Below are positions 61,813 through 64,000 of a stretch of 64,000 nt of DNA, piece after piece (the first letter of the stretch is position 1; the number at the start of each line of letters is the position of its first letter). Source of the DNA: Tubulanus polymorphus (taxonomy: Eukaryota; Animalia; Nemertea). The position numbers and the translations under genes are program-made. Below the pieces are notes generated by a model. It saw only the letters and a program-made list of their open reading frames with translations. It made no database searches and was not told the DNA's origin. The stretch is from NCBI RefSeq assembly GCF_964204645.1, contig NC_134030.1, positions 17,380,110 to 17,444,109 of the forward strand, written 5' to 3'.

Positions 61813-63720
61813 AAAAAATTATTTTACCCTCCAATGTTATTTTGTATTATTCATGCCCATCTCATTGTACGTTTTTGCTCATGGGTAAATTTCAAAAATT
61901 GACAGAAAGATTTTGGCGTTAGTCATGTACAGTACTCTCAGAGCGTAAATTGGGCGGTCTCCGTGTTTTAATCATTATATAAAAAAATGTCTTGAAAATA
62001 TTCTTGTCTTTATTTTCGAATATTTGGTAATTTTCTACATTTTGGGCAAAAACACGCAACATCTCCCGTAGTTTTTCGCCAGTATTCTTTATCATTCCAA
62101 TATTTTCCGCATGAAATTGCTTGAAGGACCCCACGGGGAAAATGATTTTAAAAAGGGAAATTGTGTAAATTTGATAAAATTGATGGGAGAACAAAGAAAA
62201 CAAATTTTCTATTAATGTCGTTGGTCCAGTCAAAAATGGCATAAAGGAAAATATCGTTCATTATTCTTGATGTGAGACACGATTTTACTAAGGCAAACAC
62301 ATTTTATAGATCTTTCATATTGTTTATTTTGGTAATCCTGTCGTAGGGCCTACAGCACCCAAAATGTGACTGCTAGGCGAAAGTCAGATTTCTTCCTCGA
62401 TCGCTCCTACTAAGGGAAATGTTTGCCAACCTTTGTATTCAAAGTCCACTTGAATTGATTTTATCCTTATTCGGTCAAACAATCGTTGTTCCAAATCTCG
62501 TCGTTAAGCACGCGACTACTGAAATTAAAAACACACAAAATGCCAAGCAAAAGCCTTGATGCAACGCTCCGAGTCCGTGTTGCAACAACGTTATAAAATA
62601 CCACAATACTAATTAAAATAGTCCAAAAAGTCTAATTGTGGTATTTCATTCTTAATTGCCAAACAAAACGTTGACGCGATTGAGAATAATTTAAGGCATT
62701 CAAACCAATTCCCAAAAAATATAAACACAGACTGTTAAAAACGTTATTTAATAATTGGTATTAGTTAAATAGATTTAAATGATTAAGATACACACGCATC
62801 ACTTAGACGCACCCCTCCCCTCATAACAAACAAACTGACACCCACGCACGTACAATCAACACACCACATACGCACACAGTAAAATACCAGACACAAATAT
62901 AATATAGTCCATACTTATATATACAAACATCGATTTATACGATACAAGGTTTAACAAGATCATGACTCATTATGTAAAATCTTCCAGCATACTGGACATG
63001 TGAATTCTGCGTCGGTTTTTGTCTTTGTGCTACAATATTTTTGATGCACCCACTCCTCGCAACAAATTACATCTTATCCACGTGAAGTTTTTAACACGTG
63101 ATGGTGCTATTGGTGGCTCGCGTTATTGCATATTTTGCACACAGCATCTTCTTCGTCTTCTACCTCCTCATCATTATCATCATCGCCTTCAACATCATCT
63201 TTTTTATCGTCGTCATCATCGTCGTCTTACTATAAGTGAACCATCATAGGTGGTTATCATACCATCAGTTTTCCAATACTTTTCTTCGACCTAGCAAATT
63301 CAAAATACATATATTAGGCATTTCAAACAAGAAAAATGCATCACTTCAATTTTTTTTAACTTTTTCGATGACATGGTAATGTTTTTTTCATTGTTTGAGC
63401 GTCTATTCAGTCAAAAACTTCCATAAACAGTTTCTTCACCTCGCTTAATTTAAAACCGCATCGCTGTGTGAGATGACACATTTCATTTTCCTATATGCAC
63501 CTTTTATTTGCCTATAATGGAACCAATCTTAGAACCATAATTCTCTTTACGGTTACCCTAATATCTCATAGAACAAATAATTCAAGGCCTGGGCTCCGAG
63601 ACTGTAAATTATAGTAGTCTGCATCAAACATGAGAGTAATATGACACAAAAGTTATTTAGTTGGGAATGAACTAGAAATTATTCTGATAGTGTTTTGCTA
63701 TTTTTGGGAGTAGAGGATTT

Positions 63721-64000
63721 AACAAGAGGCCCCCGCGCCTTATACCTTCATGACGCAATAGAAGAAGAATGATTAAGTATTCAAAGTTTTACAGAAAGAT
63801 TTACATTGTAACGATGGACCAAGTTTTAAAATAGTTAAGATGGTATAGGCTATTTGGCGATAATGTTCATTTTGCGTTAATATATCCTTACATGAAAAGA
63901 CAAACCCGTTTTAGCTGCGCCAAAGACCACACTATATGAAAAAATGCATTATGAATTGGTGTAGGTATCGTGCTGAAAAGAAATCCAAGATGGATAGCAA
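63721..64000 (+). mobile_element. Probable start of another HINE-like element
   Basis: AACAAGAGGCCC start after a T-run; AAATCCAAGATGG internal motif. Confidence 0.35.

Noticed and set aside
61531-61893. Outer CACTA-like TIR pair around the 61591 MITE
   Set aside because: Inverted similarity too weak to support
63019-63249. His-rich ORF
   Set aside because: Degenerate (CAT/CGT)n microsatellite

Overview
Eukaryotic (animal, probably marine invertebrate; taxon is inferred, not shown) AT-rich repeat-dense region with no recognisable host gene. It is dominated by nested transposable elements. (1) A long-LTR, RT-less Gypsy-like family ('family A') has two full-length copies with 4-bp TSDs (21075-30251; 40863-48165), a truncated minus-strand copy (~2285-5452), an older relative (~5750-8020), a solo LTR (59213-60267) and an LTR scrap. 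(2) A degenerate BEL/Pao element (11275-17905, -). (3) A young Ty1/Copia element (34975-39881). (4) An intron-containing PIF/Harbinger element. (5) Helentron-associated (HINE-like) elements with CTCF-motif tandem repeats, several MITEs, LINE and SINE scraps, a minimal hammerhead ribozyme, and an AT-rich virus-like ORF cluster ending in a 152-bp hairpin. The best candidate for an undescribed system is family A. It is non-autonomous (gag + protease, no RT/RNaseH/IN) yet organised like a complex retrovirus. Three accessory ORFs precede gag: two are built on an array of covarying antisense tRNA T-arm/B-box hairpins, and one carries three CtBP-binding PxDLS motifs. A -1 frameshift cassette appears to fuse Gag to an acidic protein where Pol would normally be. 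The LTR carries a splice donor and a U5 motif complementary to the primer tRNA-Phe T-stem.
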